From NCBI RefSeq assembly GCF_014396165.1, contig NZ_CP060715.1, positions 390,001-422,000 of the forward strand: a DNA stretch of 32,000 nucleotides, given 5' to 3'. Position numbers and translations under genes: made by a program. The stretch is from Erysipelothrix inopinata (GTDB taxonomy: Bacteria > Bacillota_I > Bacilli_A > Erysipelotrichales > Erysipelotrichaceae). Position 1 is the stretch's first letter. The number at the start of each line of letters is the position of its first letter. Below the pieces are notes generated by a model. The model saw only the letters and a program-made list of their open reading frames with translations. It was not told the DNA's origin and made no database searches. Positions 1 through 9,573 of this stretch are shown one piece after another.

Positions 1-629
1 GTTCTCATAATACTAATTTCACGACGTCGTGAATGAATCGATACACGAATCGTATTTGAGATTAGGAAAATTGCGACGATACCAAGTGCCGCAACTATTA
101 CAACACCAATATAACGCACTTGTTCAAGCGTTGAAATAAAGGTAGAGGTTGCACTCCCACCATAAACAGCTTTATAAACTCCTTCAACGCCACTGATGCG
201 CGCTGTAGCATCTACAAGTTGATCACCAGATACTGCTTGAACCAAGAATGCATGTGTAAACGGATTGTTCTCACCACGGAATGGCCCAAACAATTGTTCA
301 GAATCTGCACTTTCATCCAGTTGAATAAATGCTTCGAGTTCTTCATCTTTCGACGAGAATTTAACTTCTGCAATACCAGGTAATGCTTTAATTTCTTTTT
401 CGATTCGATCAAGTTGATCTTGAGCTTCATAGTTCTTATCAACTTGAACGTGAATTTGAACACTTTGTTCTACTTTCTTAGTGATTTCAGTTAAGTTTGA
501 ACTTAAAAATAGGAACGCAGCCATAATTAATAAGGTCACTGTAACTGAGGAAATACTCGATAGTGATAACGCAAAGTGACGCGTTACTCCTTGAAATCCT
601 TCACGAATATGACGCCAAATTCTAGTCAT
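1..629 (-). CDS. ftsX: Cell-division ABC transporter permease FtsX (C-terminal part runs off the window start)
   Basis: Own translation of the minus strand from ATG 629..627 gives MTRIWRHIREGFQGVTRHFALSLSSISSVTVTLLIMAAFLFLSS... followed by ...IRVSIHSRRREISIMR. This is the FtsX layout: an N-terminal TM segment, a large external loop, then the conserved membrane domain. The start overlaps the ftsE stop (ATGACTAG). It is absent from the ORF track because it is open at the window edge. Confidence 0.85.
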   Translation of the reverse strand, partial: MTRIWRHIREGFQGVTRHFALSLSSISSVTVTLLIMAAFLFLSSNLTEITKKVEQSVQIHVQVDKNYEAQDQLDRIEKEIKALPGIAEVKFSSKDEELEAFIQLDESADSEQLFGPFRGENNPFTHAFLVQAVSGDQLVDATARISGVEGVYKAVYGGSATSTFISTLEQVRYIGVVIVAALGIVAIFLISNTIRVSIHSRRREISIMR

Positions 630-1320
630 GATTAATATATCCTCCTGAAGTTAAGTCTGCAACCACATGTCCTGCATCAAGAGCGATTGTTCTTTTCTTA
701 TTTGTATTCACAATATCAACATCATGAGTAACCATTAAAATAGTGGTATTTTCCTCATGATTAATTTTTTCAAGTAATTCAATAATTTCTGTTGATTTCT
801 CAGGGTCCAAGTTCCCTGTAGGTTCATCAGCAATCAATAATTGTGGTTTGTTCGCAATCGCACGCGCAATCGCGACACGTTGCTGTTGTCCACCGGATAA
901 TTCCATTGGATATGAGTTTGCTTTCTCACTTAAATCAACCAAACGAAGTACTTCTCGAACTCTTTGGCGAAGTTTAACACTTGGTGTATTCACAACTTCA
1001 AGTGCAAAAGCAACATTCTCAAATACAGTTTTATGCTCTAAGAGTTTAAAGTCTTGAAACACAACTCCGATGCGACGACGATACAAAGGAACTTTAGAAT
1101 GTCGTAATTTCCCAACATTATAATCTCCAACAATTACTGTACCTTTTGATGGAATTTCTTCACCGTCTAAAAGCTTAATGAGAGTGGATTTTCCCGAACC
1201 TGTAGGACCGATGATATAGACAAACTCACCTTGATCCACACTTAAATTTACGTCATACAAAGCATTGACACCATTTTTATACTGCTTTGATACATTAGTC
1301 ATTAATAACACATTTACCAC
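622..1320 (-). CDS. ftsE: Cell-division ABC transporter ATP-binding protein FtsE
   Basis: Walker A GPTGSGKST, ABC signature LSGGQQQR, Walker B LLIADEPTGNLD, and the expected size (about 230 aa), directly upstream of ftsX. The exact start is uncertain. The track start is a GTG next to AAGGAG; an in-frame GTG at 1311 or the ATG at 1302 are alternatives. Confidence 0.95.
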   Translation of the reverse strand: MVNVLLMTNVSKQYKNGVNALYDVNLSVDQGEFVYIIGPTGSGKSTLIKLLDGEEIPSKGTVIVGDYNVGKLRHSKVPLYRRRIGVVFQDFKLLEHKTVFENVAFALEVVNTPSVKLRQRVREVLRLVDLSEKANSYPMELSGGQQQRVAIARAIANKPQLLIADEPTGNLDPEKSTEIIELLEKINHEENTTILMVTHDVDIVNTNKKRTIALDAGHVVADLTSGGYINHD

Positions 1321-1358
1321 TCCTTGCTTTTTAATTATAACATAGACATATTTTTTAT

Positions 1359-2204
1359 TTATATTTTATAGAACCCTAACCCATGTACTTCCGTAACATT
1401 GGATACAATTAAAAATGCATTCGGATCAACTTCTTTAACCATCTTTTCCAATTCATTATACTGCTCTTTTAGTAAAACAGTCATAATAATCTCTTTCGAA
1501 TCCTTCGTATATCCACCTCGAGCACTAATAAGTGTCGACCCTCTTTCAAGAAGTTCGTGAATATGATCAAGAATTTCATCATTTTTATCAGATATGATGA
1601 AGATTTGTTTTGCTTCTTCACCACCAAACATTTGAATTTTATCAACTGTGTGCGTTGCTGCATAGATAGATAAGAAACCAATTAACACTTCATTCAAGCC
1701 ATACGTTTTCAATCCCACTAGGACGGTAATCGCATCAACGATTAAAATCCAAATAGAAACTTTGATACCTGTATACTTGGAAAGAATTAGAGGAGGAATA
1801 TCCATCCCACCTGTACTGGCACCTGTTCTAAAGGTCAATCCCAAGCCGACACCGGTCAGCGCACCACCAAATATTGAAGCTAAAATGGGGTCAACAGGAA
1901 CACTCATATTTAATCCACCCAATAGATTCACAAACGTAGGATAAAGTATGGAACTTGCCAATGTTTTTAATGCAAACGACTTACCTAAAAAAACAAATCC
2001 TAAGATAAACGAAGACACAATAATAATATTAATCATGACTTCCGGTTCTATCTTGAAAATAGGATAAAGGGCGATTGCAACACCTGCAACACCGCCCGAA
2101 AGTATATTATTAGGTAATATGAAAAATACGACAGCCACCGCTAAAATTAGGTTACCAAGAACCATTAATACAATATCACTCAAATGACTACGAATATTCT
2201 TCAT
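1359..2204 (-). CDS. YitT-family integral membrane protein with C-terminal DUF2179-like domain
   Basis: 281 aa. Several TM segments are followed by a soluble C-terminal domain (GGEEAKQIFIISDK...TVLLKEQYNELEKMVKEVDPNAFLIVSNVTEVHGLGF) typical of the YitT/DUF2179 family. The ATG abuts the prfB stop (TAGATG), with AGGTG 5 nt upstream. Confidence 0.85.
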   Translation of the reverse strand: MKNIRSHLSDIVLMVLGNLILAVAVVFFILPNNILSGGVAGVAIALYPIFKIEPEVMINIIIVSSFILGFVFLGKSFALKTLASSILYPTFVNLLGGLNMSVPVDPILASIFGGALTGVGLGLTFRTGASTGGMDIPPLILSKYTGIKVSIWILIVDAITVLVGLKTYGLNEVLIGFLSIYAATHTVDKIQMFGGEEAKQIFIISDKNDEILDHIHELLERGSTLISARGGYTKDSKEIIMTVLLKEQYNELEKMVKEVDPNAFLIVSNVTEVHGLGFYKI

Positions 2205-3309
2205 CTAAACACCTACATTCATTTTAAGATAGGCTTCAATAAAGTCATCAATTTCACCATCTAGTACATCATCATATTGACTCGATTCATACTTTGTACG
2301 GTGATCTTTTACCATTGTATAAGGATGCGCAACGTATGAACGTATTTGAGATCCCCATTCAATCAGTTTTTGATTGCCTTTAATTTGAGCCATTTCTGCT
2401 TGTTTTTCTTCAATCTTTCTTTGATACAACTTACTCTTGAGCATCGTCATCGCTTCTTCTCTGTTTTGAAGTTGACTTCTTTCACTTTGACATGTGACCA
2501 CGATACCTGTTTCTTTATGAGTAATTCTTACTGCAGAATCTGTTTTATTAACATGTTGTCCACCCGCACCACTTGCGCGCATTGTATCAACATTAATATC
2601 TTCAGGATTGATTTCAATCTCAATACTATTATCGAACTCCGGAGATACATCCACTGACGCAAACGACGTATGACGTCTTCCAGATGAATCGAAAGGACTG
2701 ATTCGAACTAATCGATGAACACCTTTTTCTGCTTTGAGATAACCATAAGCAAAATCACCACTAATAGAAACTGCCACTGATTTAATACCAGCTTCATCAC
2801 CATCAAGGTAGTTAAGCACACTTACCTTGTAGCCTTTATCCTGAGCCCAGCGTGTATACATACGATAAAGCATCTCTGCGAAATCTTGACTTTCTGTACC
2901 ACCCGCACCTGGATGAATTTCTAAGATAGCATTTTTTTGATCATAGTCATGACTCAGTAAAACAAGAATTTCAAAGTCTTGCAACTTCGCATTCAAGGTT
3001 TTAAGTTCATCTTCAAGAAGATCACTAAAATCCTGATCAAACTCTTCTTTCAACATACTAACCGTATCTCGACATGATTCATAGCCTGAATATAAGAAAT
3101 TGTATTGGTCAACGACCTTCTTAATTCGGTTGAGTTTTTGAATATGAGCGGCGCTGGATTTATGGTCATCCCAAAATCCATCCGCTAACATTTCTTGCTC
3201 TAATATTGCTACTTCTTCACTTTTTTGACCTAAGTCAAAGTGAATCACCGAGAGCTTTCAACTTTTCAATTGAATCCTCGACAATTTGATTCAATTCGAA
3301 TAATTCCAT
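2205..3309 (-). CDS. prfB: Peptide chain release factor 2, expressed through a programmed +1 frameshift
   Basis: Frame 0 runs from ATG 3309..3307 and encodes [24 protein letters not shown], ending at CTT TGA C (TGA at 3237..3235). The +1 frame continues as [15 protein letters not shown]... to the stop at 2205. It contains the SPF tripeptide (RISPFDS) and the GGQ motif ([10 protein letters not shown]). Confidence 0.95.
3234..3252 (-). promoter_or_regulatory. RF2 autoregulatory +1 frameshift site (CTT TGA C) with an upstream SD-like GGTGAT
   Basis: The minus-strand sequence is CTCGGTGATTCACTTTGAC. GGTGAT (complementary to the 16S 3' end) lies 3 nt before the slippery CTT, followed by TGA C, the canonical prfB recoding signal. 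Confidence 0.9.
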
Positions 3310-3314
3310 TTATA

Positions 3315-5660
3315 TCACCCTTGTCTGTATTCGATATTTACATTCATGCAGAACATTACGATGTCTCGTGCAATTTGTCCAAGCATTTCTTCAAACATTT
3401 CAAAACCTTCAGTTACATAAGCTTGTAATGGTTTTTCTTGTGCATACGATCTGAGGTAGATTCCCTCACGTAATTTACTCATTGCATCAATATGATCAAT
3501 CCAAGCACGGTCCATCATTTGAAGTGCAAGATCTTTTTCTACTCTAGTGAATTGATCTCTCACATCTGCAATCTTAGCTTCGTATTTCTTCCAAGCATCA
3601 TCAACAATCATGCTTTGCATTTCCTGATCTGATTTACCATTCAACATTTCTACAGTTACCTTGTCATCAACTAAGGATAACTTTTTAAGAGCTTCGATAA
3701 GTTCAGGAACATTAACTGCTTGATTCTTAGATTCCATATCACGATAAGATGCAATTGTGTCTGAAACAACACGATTGAACATTTCTAAGATAATGGAGTG
3801 AATGTCTTCATTATCAAGAATGTGATTTCTTTGATCATAAATAATTTCACTTTGTTGACGTAAAACATCATCATAGTCAAGAAGCGTCTTACGAACATCA
3901 AAGTTCACACCTTCAACACGACGTTGTGCCGCACCAATTTGTTTTGTAATTGTCTTGTTTTCAACAGCAACATCTCCAAATTTCGAGAAGATACCTTCAT
4001 AGCGCTCACTACCGTGACGAACCATAAGATCATCCTCAAAAGAAACGAAGAATTGTGAGAACCCAGGATCACCTTGTCGACCCGAACGTCCACGTAATTG
4101 GTTATCAATACGACGTGATTCGTGACGCTCACTACCTAATACAGCAAGACCACCTAATGCTTTAACTTCATCATCAATCTTAATATCGGTACCACGACCA
4201 GCCATATTGGTTGCGATTGTGACCGCACCTTTTTGGCCCGCATTTTCGATGATCATCGCTTCACGTCCATGGTTCTTAGCATTCAAGACTTCATGTCGGA
4301 TCTTACGTTGTTTCATCATCATACTTAAGTACTCACTGGTTTCAACAGCAACTGTACCAACTAGAACAGGTTGCCCTTTTTCGTTAAGTTCTTGCACACG
4401 TTGAATTAAGGCTTCAAACTTCGCATTTTTAGTTCCATATATTAAATCAGATGCATCCTCACGGACAACAGGTCTGTTTGTAGGAATTTCTAAAACACGC
4501 ATGTTATAAATTTGTAGGAATTCTTCTTCCTCTGTTTTCGCAGTCCCTGTCATCCCTGATAGTTTTGCGTAAAGACGGAAAAAGTTTTGATATGTAATGG
4601 TTGCAAGTGTTACGGATTCTTGTTTAATCGTTACATTTTCTTTTGCAGACAATGCTTGGTGGAGTCCATCTGAGTACTCACGACCTTCCATTAAACGTCC
4701 TGTAAATTGGTCAACAATTACGACTTGGTTGTCTTGTACAACGTACTCAACATCTTTTGCCATCGTATAGTTTGCTTTTAAAGCATTGTTGATATGATGA
4801 ACAAGTGATGTATTGTCAATGTCATATAAGTTATTAATTTTAAATGAACGTTCTGCTTTTTCAACACCTGCTTCGGTAAGTTGAGCTGTTTTTGATTTCA
4901 CGTCTACAACAAAATCTGCACCCTCAGTAAGCTTCTTCGCAAACTTGTCAGATTGAGTATAGAGTTGCGCACCATCACGTGCACCCCCTGAAATAATCAA
5001 TGGTGTTCGTGATTCATCAATAAGAATCGAGTCAACTTCATCAATTAATGCGAAGTTTAAAGGTCTCAGAACACGGTCTTGAACTCGAGTGACCATGTTG
5101 TCACGCAAGTAATCAAATCCTACTTCTGAGTTTGTTGTATATGTAATGTCGCACTCATAAACTTCTCGTTTTTGAGTTGCAGTAAGTTGACGTAAATTAC
5201 ATCCTACAGTCAAGCCTAAGAAACGGTGAATTTCACCCATCCACTCAGCATCACGTTGAGCCAAGTATTCGTTAACTGTAATGATGTGGACACCTTTACC
5301 ACTTAAGGCATTGAGGTATGCAGGTAAGATTGCCGTTAAAGTTTTACCTTCACCAGTTTTCATTTCTGCAATGTCACCTTTATGTAAGATGATACCACCC
5401 ATCAATTGAACTACGTATGGGAACTCACCAATAACACGGTATGCAGCTTCACGTGCTACAGCAAATGCTTCCACCAATAAATCATCAAGTGTTTCACCTT
5501 TTTCAATTCTTGCTTTAAATTCGTTTGTTTTATTTTTTAATTCTTCGTCGCTTAATGATCGAATCTCGTCTTTTAATGCATCAATTTCATATGCAGTTGT
5601 TTCGACTTCTTTGAGAATTTTTCGATCGCCGTTAAACAGATTACTTAAAAATCCAGCCAT
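3315..5660 (-). CDS. secA: Preprotein translocase ATPase SecA
   Basis: 781 aa. Motifs seen: MKTGEGKTL (Walker A), DEVDSILIDE (DEAD-like), TNMAGRGTDI. GGAGG lies 9 nt upstream of the ATG. The TGA stop is 5 nt before the prfB ATG. Confidence 0.97.
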   Translation of the reverse strand: MAGFLSNLFNGDRKILKEVETTAYEIDALKDEIRSLSDEELKNKTNEFKARIEKGETLDDLLVEAFAVAREAAYRVIGEFPYVVQLMGGIILHKGDIAEMKTGEGKTLTAILPAYLNALSGKGVHIITVNEYLAQRDAEWMGEIHRFLGLTVGCNLRQLTATQKREVYECDITYTTNSEVGFDYLRDNMVTRVQDRVLRPLNFALIDEVDSILIDESRTPLIISGGARDGAQLYTQSDKFAKKLTEGADFVVDVKSKTAQLTEAGVEKAERSFKINNLYDIDNTSLVHHINNALKANYTMAKDVEYVVQDNQVVIVDQFTGRLMEGREYSDGLHQALSAKENVTIKQESVTLATITYQNFFRLYAKLSGMTGTAKTEEEEFLQIYNMRVLEIPTNRPVVREDASDLIYGTKNAKFEALIQRVQELNEKGQPVLVGTVAVETSEYLSMMMKQRKIRHEVLNAKNHGREAMIIENAGQKGAVTIATNMAGRGTDIKIDDEVKALGGLAVLGSERHESRRIDNQLRGRSGRQGDPGFSQFFVSFEDDLMVRHGSERYEGIFSKFGDVAVENKTITKQIGAAQRRVEGVNFDVRKTLLDYDDVLRQQSEIIYDQRNHILDNEDIHSIILEMFNRVVSDTIASYRDMESKNQAVNVPELIEALKKLSLVDDKVTVEMLNGKSDQEMQSMIVDDAWKKYEAKIADVRDQFTRVEKDLALQMMDRAWIDHIDAMSKLREGIYLRSYAQEKPLQAYVTEGFEMFEEMLGQIARDIVMFCMNVNIEYRQG

Positions 5661-5684
5661 ATATTCAAGCCTCCATTCCTAGTT

Positions 5685-5693
5685 ATTGTACCA
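5685..5693 (-). promoter_or_regulatory. Candidate extended -10 promoter element for secA (TGGTACAAT)
   Basis: The minus strand reads TGGTACAAT (TGn plus TACAAT) about 25 nt upstream of the secA ATG and just downstream of the csp terminator. No good -35 was seen. Confidence 0.4.
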
Positions 5694-5717
5694 CATTTAT
5701 TTTTGATAATAAATCAC

Positions 5718-5741
5718 TAAAAAAGTTGGTTTTGACCAACT
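5718..5741 (-). terminator. Rho-independent terminator downstream of the cold-shock gene
   Basis: The minus strand reads AGTTGGT-CAAA-ACCAACT followed by TTTTTT. Confidence 0.8.
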
Positions 5742-5748
5742 CTTTCTC

Positions 5749-5946
5749 TTATATCTTCACAATATTATGAGCTTGTACACCACGCTCAGTTTCAATCAAT
5801 TCGAATTCGACTTCTGTACCTTCTTCAATCGTCTTGAATCCTTCCATGATTAAGTGTGAATAATGAAAGAAAACATCTTGATCTTCCGTTGTCGTAATAA
5901 AACCAAATCCTTTATTTTGATTGAATTTTTTTACTTTGCCTTGCAT
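5749..5946 (-). CDS. Cold-shock protein (CspA family, single CSD)
   Basis: 65 aa with RNP1 KGFGFI and an RNP2-like VFFHY. AAGGAAGG lies upstream of the ATG. Confidence 0.95.
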   Translation of the reverse strand: MQGKVKKFNQNKGFGFITTTEDQDVFFHYSHLIMEGFKTIEEGTEVEFELIETERGVQAHNIVKI

Positions 5947-5989
5947 TAATTAAATACCTTCCTTTATAAAGAAGTATACGTTAGACCCA

Positions 5990-6718
5990 CTAAAAAGGCA
6001 AGTGAAATCGCTTACTTCCAGAACTCGATTTGTTTACACTTTGATACCTACAGTTATAGGCATAGGTAATGTAAACCACTGAATGACACAAATGGTGAAT
6101 CAAGTCATGAACACGAAGTAACGTACTCCCTGTTGTGAGAATATCATCTACCACAATAATATTTTTTCCACGTATGCTGTTCTCATCTGCAAGATAAATA
6201 TGATTCGCACTCTTTTGTCTTTCGACTTTATTGAGTCCAACCTGACGATAATCACTTTTTTTCACAAAAACATTTTCGATTATGGGAAGCCCAATCCCCT
6301 TACACATCCAAAACATTGCGTCAAAACCTCGTTTTATTTTTGCTTCTTCAATTGATGGCGGATAAATTATAAAGTAATTTTTGTATCTTATTCTTAATGC
6401 CATTGAATACTGTGCGAAGAATACGGGATACAATGCTTGGTCAAAGCTTTCTTTGTACCTTAGGATTAATTCACGTGCATCCTTCTCGTATGGTATCAAG
6501 GAATTTATTTCGAGTTGCTCAATATGTATTTTTTTTAATTGCGGATTGAGTCTCTGTTGGCAATCACCACATAAATAAATATTTCCCAAGAAATAGTCAA
6601 TTAACGACAAGTTTTGATGTCGTTTCTCAAAACAGACTCGGCATCGGTATTCGCTTGATTTATTTTGTTTACACATCGGATAATACTTTGATTTTTCATC
6701 GTACATAAAAAGACACAT
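5990..6718 (-). CDS. comFC: ComF operon protein C (phosphoribosyltransferase-domain competence protein)
   Basis: N-terminal Cys pairs (CRVC ... CGDC) and a C-terminal PRTase motif (NIIVVDDILTTGSTL). It lies directly after comFA. The start is ambiguous (ATG at 6718, 6706 or 6676), and every option overlaps the comFA 3' end. Confidence 0.8.
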   Translation of the reverse strand: MCLFMYDEKSKYYPMCKQNKSSEYRCRVCFEKRHQNLSLIDYFLGNIYLCGDCQQRLNPQLKKIHIEQLEINSLIPYEKDARELILRYKESFDQALYPVFFAQYSMALRIRYKNYFIIYPPSIEEAKIKRGFDAMFWMCKGIGLPIIENVFVKKSDYRQVGLNKVERQKSANHIYLADENSIRGKNIIVVDDILTTGSTLLRVHDLIHHLCHSVVYITYAYNCRYQSVNKSSSGSKRFHLPF

Positions 6719-7698
6719 TCTCCTTTCGTTGATTTTCCTCTATCTACCCGCCCCGCAATTTGAATCAGTGAAGCATCCGTGAATACACGGTGATTGGCTT
6801 GATACACAACAACAAAACAATCAACAAAGGTTACACCACGTTCCAATACCGTTGTGGTAATCAAGTATTTTTTATCTTTTCGAAAAGAATCGAGTTTTTC
6901 TTTTTTATCCTCTGTATGAGATGTGATGTAAGGAGCATGAAGTACTTTCGCTAATCGCTTCGCTACATACCGTGTTGGAACAAAAATCAAGATCATCTCA
7001 TTGCGCCACGAATAAATAATTTCGAGCAATCTTAAGAATAACAAACCCGTACATTTCACTTGAGGCACTGGTAGTTGTCTTCCCGTTGGTCTAATCGGTA
7101 GTTTTAATGTTCTTATTTTAGGCATCGATTCAGTTGCGGATAGGTAAACACAATTTCCACGTACACTACGCGTGAGAATTTGTTCCAGGTAATCGTTATT
7201 CTTATATGGAAAGGCATCCGGCTCATCGACGATAAGAATATCAAAATAATCATAATAACGATGCAATTGGTGGGTTGTACAGACTACTAAATCTCCTTGT
7301 AGATTTTCGAGACTCCCTCCACAAACAATTACGATTTCGACATCTGGATAATAGTCTTGAAGTCGTCTACCTAACTCTAAAACAACTTCCCTTCGCGGAA
7401 TAGTCCACCCAATTCTTACGCCGTGTCGTAAACACCACGTTACTAATGGAATACATATTTCAGTCTTACCGGCGCCACATACAGCATCTACTAAAACTGA
7501 TTCATGTTGGACAATTTCAATAATTTGCTCACTGATATCTTTTTGCTGGGGACTTAGATCAAAGGGCATCCGAGCAGTTAACGTGTCATTAACATAATAA
7601 GAACGATCTTCCTCAAGACGCTGATGCATCAAGCACCGACGACATACACCACCATAAAAAAAATACTGTTTCTGAGCGCCACAGTATTTACACGTCAT
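6601..7698 (-). CDS. comFA: ComF operon protein A (DEAD/DEAH-box helicase-like competence ATPase)
   Basis: N-terminal zinc-finger-like CKYCG...CRRC, Walker A VCGAGKTE, a DEAD-box variant VDEPD, and helicase C motif IQIAGRVDR. It is adjacent to comFC, as in Bacillus. Confidence 0.8.
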   Translation of the reverse strand: MTCKYCGAQKQYFFYGGVCRRCLMHQRLEEDRSYYVNDTLTARMPFDLSPQQKDISEQIIEIVQHESVLVDAVCGAGKTEICIPLVTWCLRHGVRIGWTIPRREVVLELGRRLQDYYPDVEIVIVCGGSLENLQGDLVVCTTHQLHRYYDYFDILIVDEPDAFPYKNNDYLEQILTRSVRGNCVYLSATESMPKIRTLKLPIRPTGRQLPVPQVKCTGLLFLRLLEIIYSWRNEMILIFVPTRYVAKRLAKVLHAPYITSHTEDKKEKLDSFRKDKKYLITTTVLERGVTFVDCFVVVYQANHRVFTDASLIQIAGRVDRGKSTKGECVFLCTMKNQSIIRCVNKINQANTDAESVLRNDIKTCR

Positions 7699-7715
7699 AA
7701 CATCACCGTTATTAA

Positions 7716-8597
7716 TTATGATATTGGTTGAATGATTCCTAATTCTAAAAATAAAGAAACTACTGCACCAGTATATCCACTATCGTTTCCAAATGTACTT
7801 CTTTGGAGATTCCAATGATGAGTCAATGAATTATAGTTTTTAAATCTTCCTTGCAAGTCAGTGATAAATTGTTCATTTTCACTGATACCACCACCAATAT
7901 AAACGACATCCGGGTCTAACATAATACAAATATTATAGATGCCTTCACAGAGTGCGTTAAGCCAATTGTCATATATATTATTTATATTGATATCCACTTG
8001 CGACCACTCCATTATTTTATAACCATCAATCAGCCTTCGTGGTATCTTTTTTTTAAGCGAAACTTGGTGGATAAGGGCACTCATTGATGCAGATTTTGAC
8101 CAGTACTCGCCCTGAACACTTAGATAGCTTACCTCTCCCGCCAAACTGTGGTTACCTTTGTAAAGTTCGTGGTTTATTACTACAGCTCCTCCCAATCCTG
8201 TTCCTATCGTCAAATTAAAGAAATTTTCAACATTGTATCCCGCACCCAAGTTTTTCTCAGCAATTGCACATGCATGAGCATCATTCTCAATTTTCACGGG
8301 TATTAAATAATCTCGAGTTAGTATTTCTTTCAAGTTTATCCCTTTTAAGCACGGAATGGATCCGCCATCTAAGATTTCATCATTCTCATCCATAATCCCA
8401 GGAAGACAAATCCCAATACCCGCAAGTGGTAACTCACTTTTAATCATCGTATGTATGATTTCCAACAGTTCATCAAGATTACGACGTGGCGTACTAAAAA
8501 TTTCAGTATGCTTACATTGCAGCCTTTCACTCTGATCATTAAAGAGACCGTATTTAATATTAGTACCGCCAATATCAATTCCTAAATAACGTTTCAT
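7716..8597 (-). CDS. ROK-family sugar kinase-like protein
   Basis: An N-terminal LGIDIGGTNIKYG phosphate-1 motif, ENDAHACAIAE, and GTGLGGAVV. The usual ROK motifs (ExGH and CxCGxxGC zinc site) are not evident; the sequence reads AGEVSY. I moved the start to ATG 8597 (AAGGTGGG 7 nt upstream), because the track start is a GTG inside that SD. Confidence 0.8.
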   Translation of the reverse strand: MKRYLGIDIGGTNIKYGLFNDQSERLQCKHTEIFSTPRRNLDELLEIIHTMIKSELPLAGIGICLPGIMDENDEILDGGSIPCLKGINLKEILTRDYLIPVKIENDAHACAIAEKNLGAGYNVENFFNLTIGTGLGGAVVINHELYKGNHSLAGEVSYLSVQGEYWSKSASMSALIHQVSLKKKIPRRLIDGYKIMEWSQVDININNIYDNWLNALCEGIYNICIMLDPDVVYIGGGISENEQFITDLQGRFKNYNSLTHHWNLQRSTFGNDSGYTGAVVSLFLELGIIQPIS

Positions 8598-8633
8598 TAC
8601 AGTACCCACCTTTATAAACAGAGTATAACGTAT

Positions 8634-8659
8634 ATAAAAAGAAGAGGAAACCTCTTCTT
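8634..8659 (-). terminator. Rho-independent terminator after the SPFH gene
   Basis: The minus strand reads AAGAAGAGG-TTT-CCTCTTCTT followed by TTTATATA. Confidence 0.8.
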
Positions 8660-8663
8660 TAGA

Positions 8664-9563
8664 TTAGTCTTCTTTCACAAACTCTTTAGCCGAAGCTAAG
8701 AGTGATGCAACATTTTGTAATTCTGAAGGAATAATAATTTTTGTTGCTTTTCCATCAGCTACTTTTTCAAATGCTTCTAAGCTCTTCAATTTGAGGTATG
8801 CGCCATCATTATCAATACCTTCTAATAACTTCGCAGCTTCTGCTTGAGCACGAAGAATCGTTTCAATTGCTTGTGCTTCCCCTTCAGCTTCTGAAATCAT
8901 TGCAGCTTTTTTAGCTTGAGCTCTTAAGATTACAGATTCATTTTCACCTTCTGCGATTAGAATTGCGGAACGTTTTTCACCTTCTGCACGAAGAATTGAT
9001 TCACGACGTTCACGTTCAGCACGCATTTGTTTTTCCATCGCTTCTTGAATATCGCGTGGAGGGATAATATTTTTAACTTCAACACGTTGAACTCGAATAC
9101 CCCATGGGTCTGTTGCTTCATCTAAGATTAAACGCATTTTTGAGTTAATGATGTCTCGTGATGTTAAAGTTTGGTCTAATTCCAAATCCCCAATAATATT
9201 ACGAAGTGTTGTTGCTGTGAGGTTTTCAATCGCATTAATTGGATTATGAATACCATATGTATACAACACAGGGTCTGTAATTTGGAAATAAACAACGGTA
9301 TCAATTTGCATCGTAACGTTATCTTTTGTGATAACAGGTTGCGGTGCAAAGTCTTGCACTCTCTCTTTTAACGATACTTTATTCGCTACACGATCAACAA
9401 ATGGGAAAATAAAGTGCATCCCTTTATCCAATGTGTGTGAGTATGCTCCCAATCTTTCAATAACATAAGCGTTAGATTGAGGAATAACTCGAACACAATA
9501 ACCAATAATGAGTAGAGCTATTAAAACTATAAATATTAAGATAATCATTCCACCAAGTGACAT
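8664..9563 (-). CDS. SPFH/Band 7 (stomatin/prohibitin-like) membrane protein
   Basis: An N-terminal TM segment, an SPFH core (VIERLGAYSHTLDKGMHFIFPFVD...), and a C-terminal coiled-coil rich in AEGE/RAQA repeats. The start is set at ATG 9563 (AGGAGG 6 nt upstream). Confidence 0.9.
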   Translation of the reverse strand: MSLGGMIILIFIVLIALLIIGYCVRVIPQSNAYVIERLGAYSHTLDKGMHFIFPFVDRVANKVSLKERVQDFAPQPVITKDNVTMQIDTVVYFQITDPVLYTYGIHNPINAIENLTATTLRNIIGDLELDQTLTSRDIINSKMRLILDEATDPWGIRVQRVEVKNIIPPRDIQEAMEKQMRAERERRESILRAEGEKRSAILIAEGENESVILRAQAKKAAMISEAEGEAQAIETILRAQAEAAKLLEGIDNDGAYLKLKSLEAFEKVADGKATKIIIPSELQNVASLLASAKEFVKED

Positions 9564-9573
9564 ATGCACCCTC

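Noticed and set aside
212-463. 83-aa minus-strand ORF from the track, inside the first 630 nt
   Set aside because: It is in the wrong frame relative to the clear FtsX reading frame, which I translated from ATG 629 to the window edge. Its Lys/Asn/Phe-rich, low-complexity product is typical of an off-frame AT-rich artefact.
848-4404. Track ORFs 848..1057(+), 1481..1681(-), 1762..1944(+), 2346..2657(+), 3240..3428(+), 3905..4132(-), 4207..4404(+)
   Set aside because: All lie wholly inside, or antisense to, the strongly supported genes ftsE, yitT-like, prfB and secA. None has an SD, and their products are low-complexity or Cys/Phe-rich, as expected for shadow frames.
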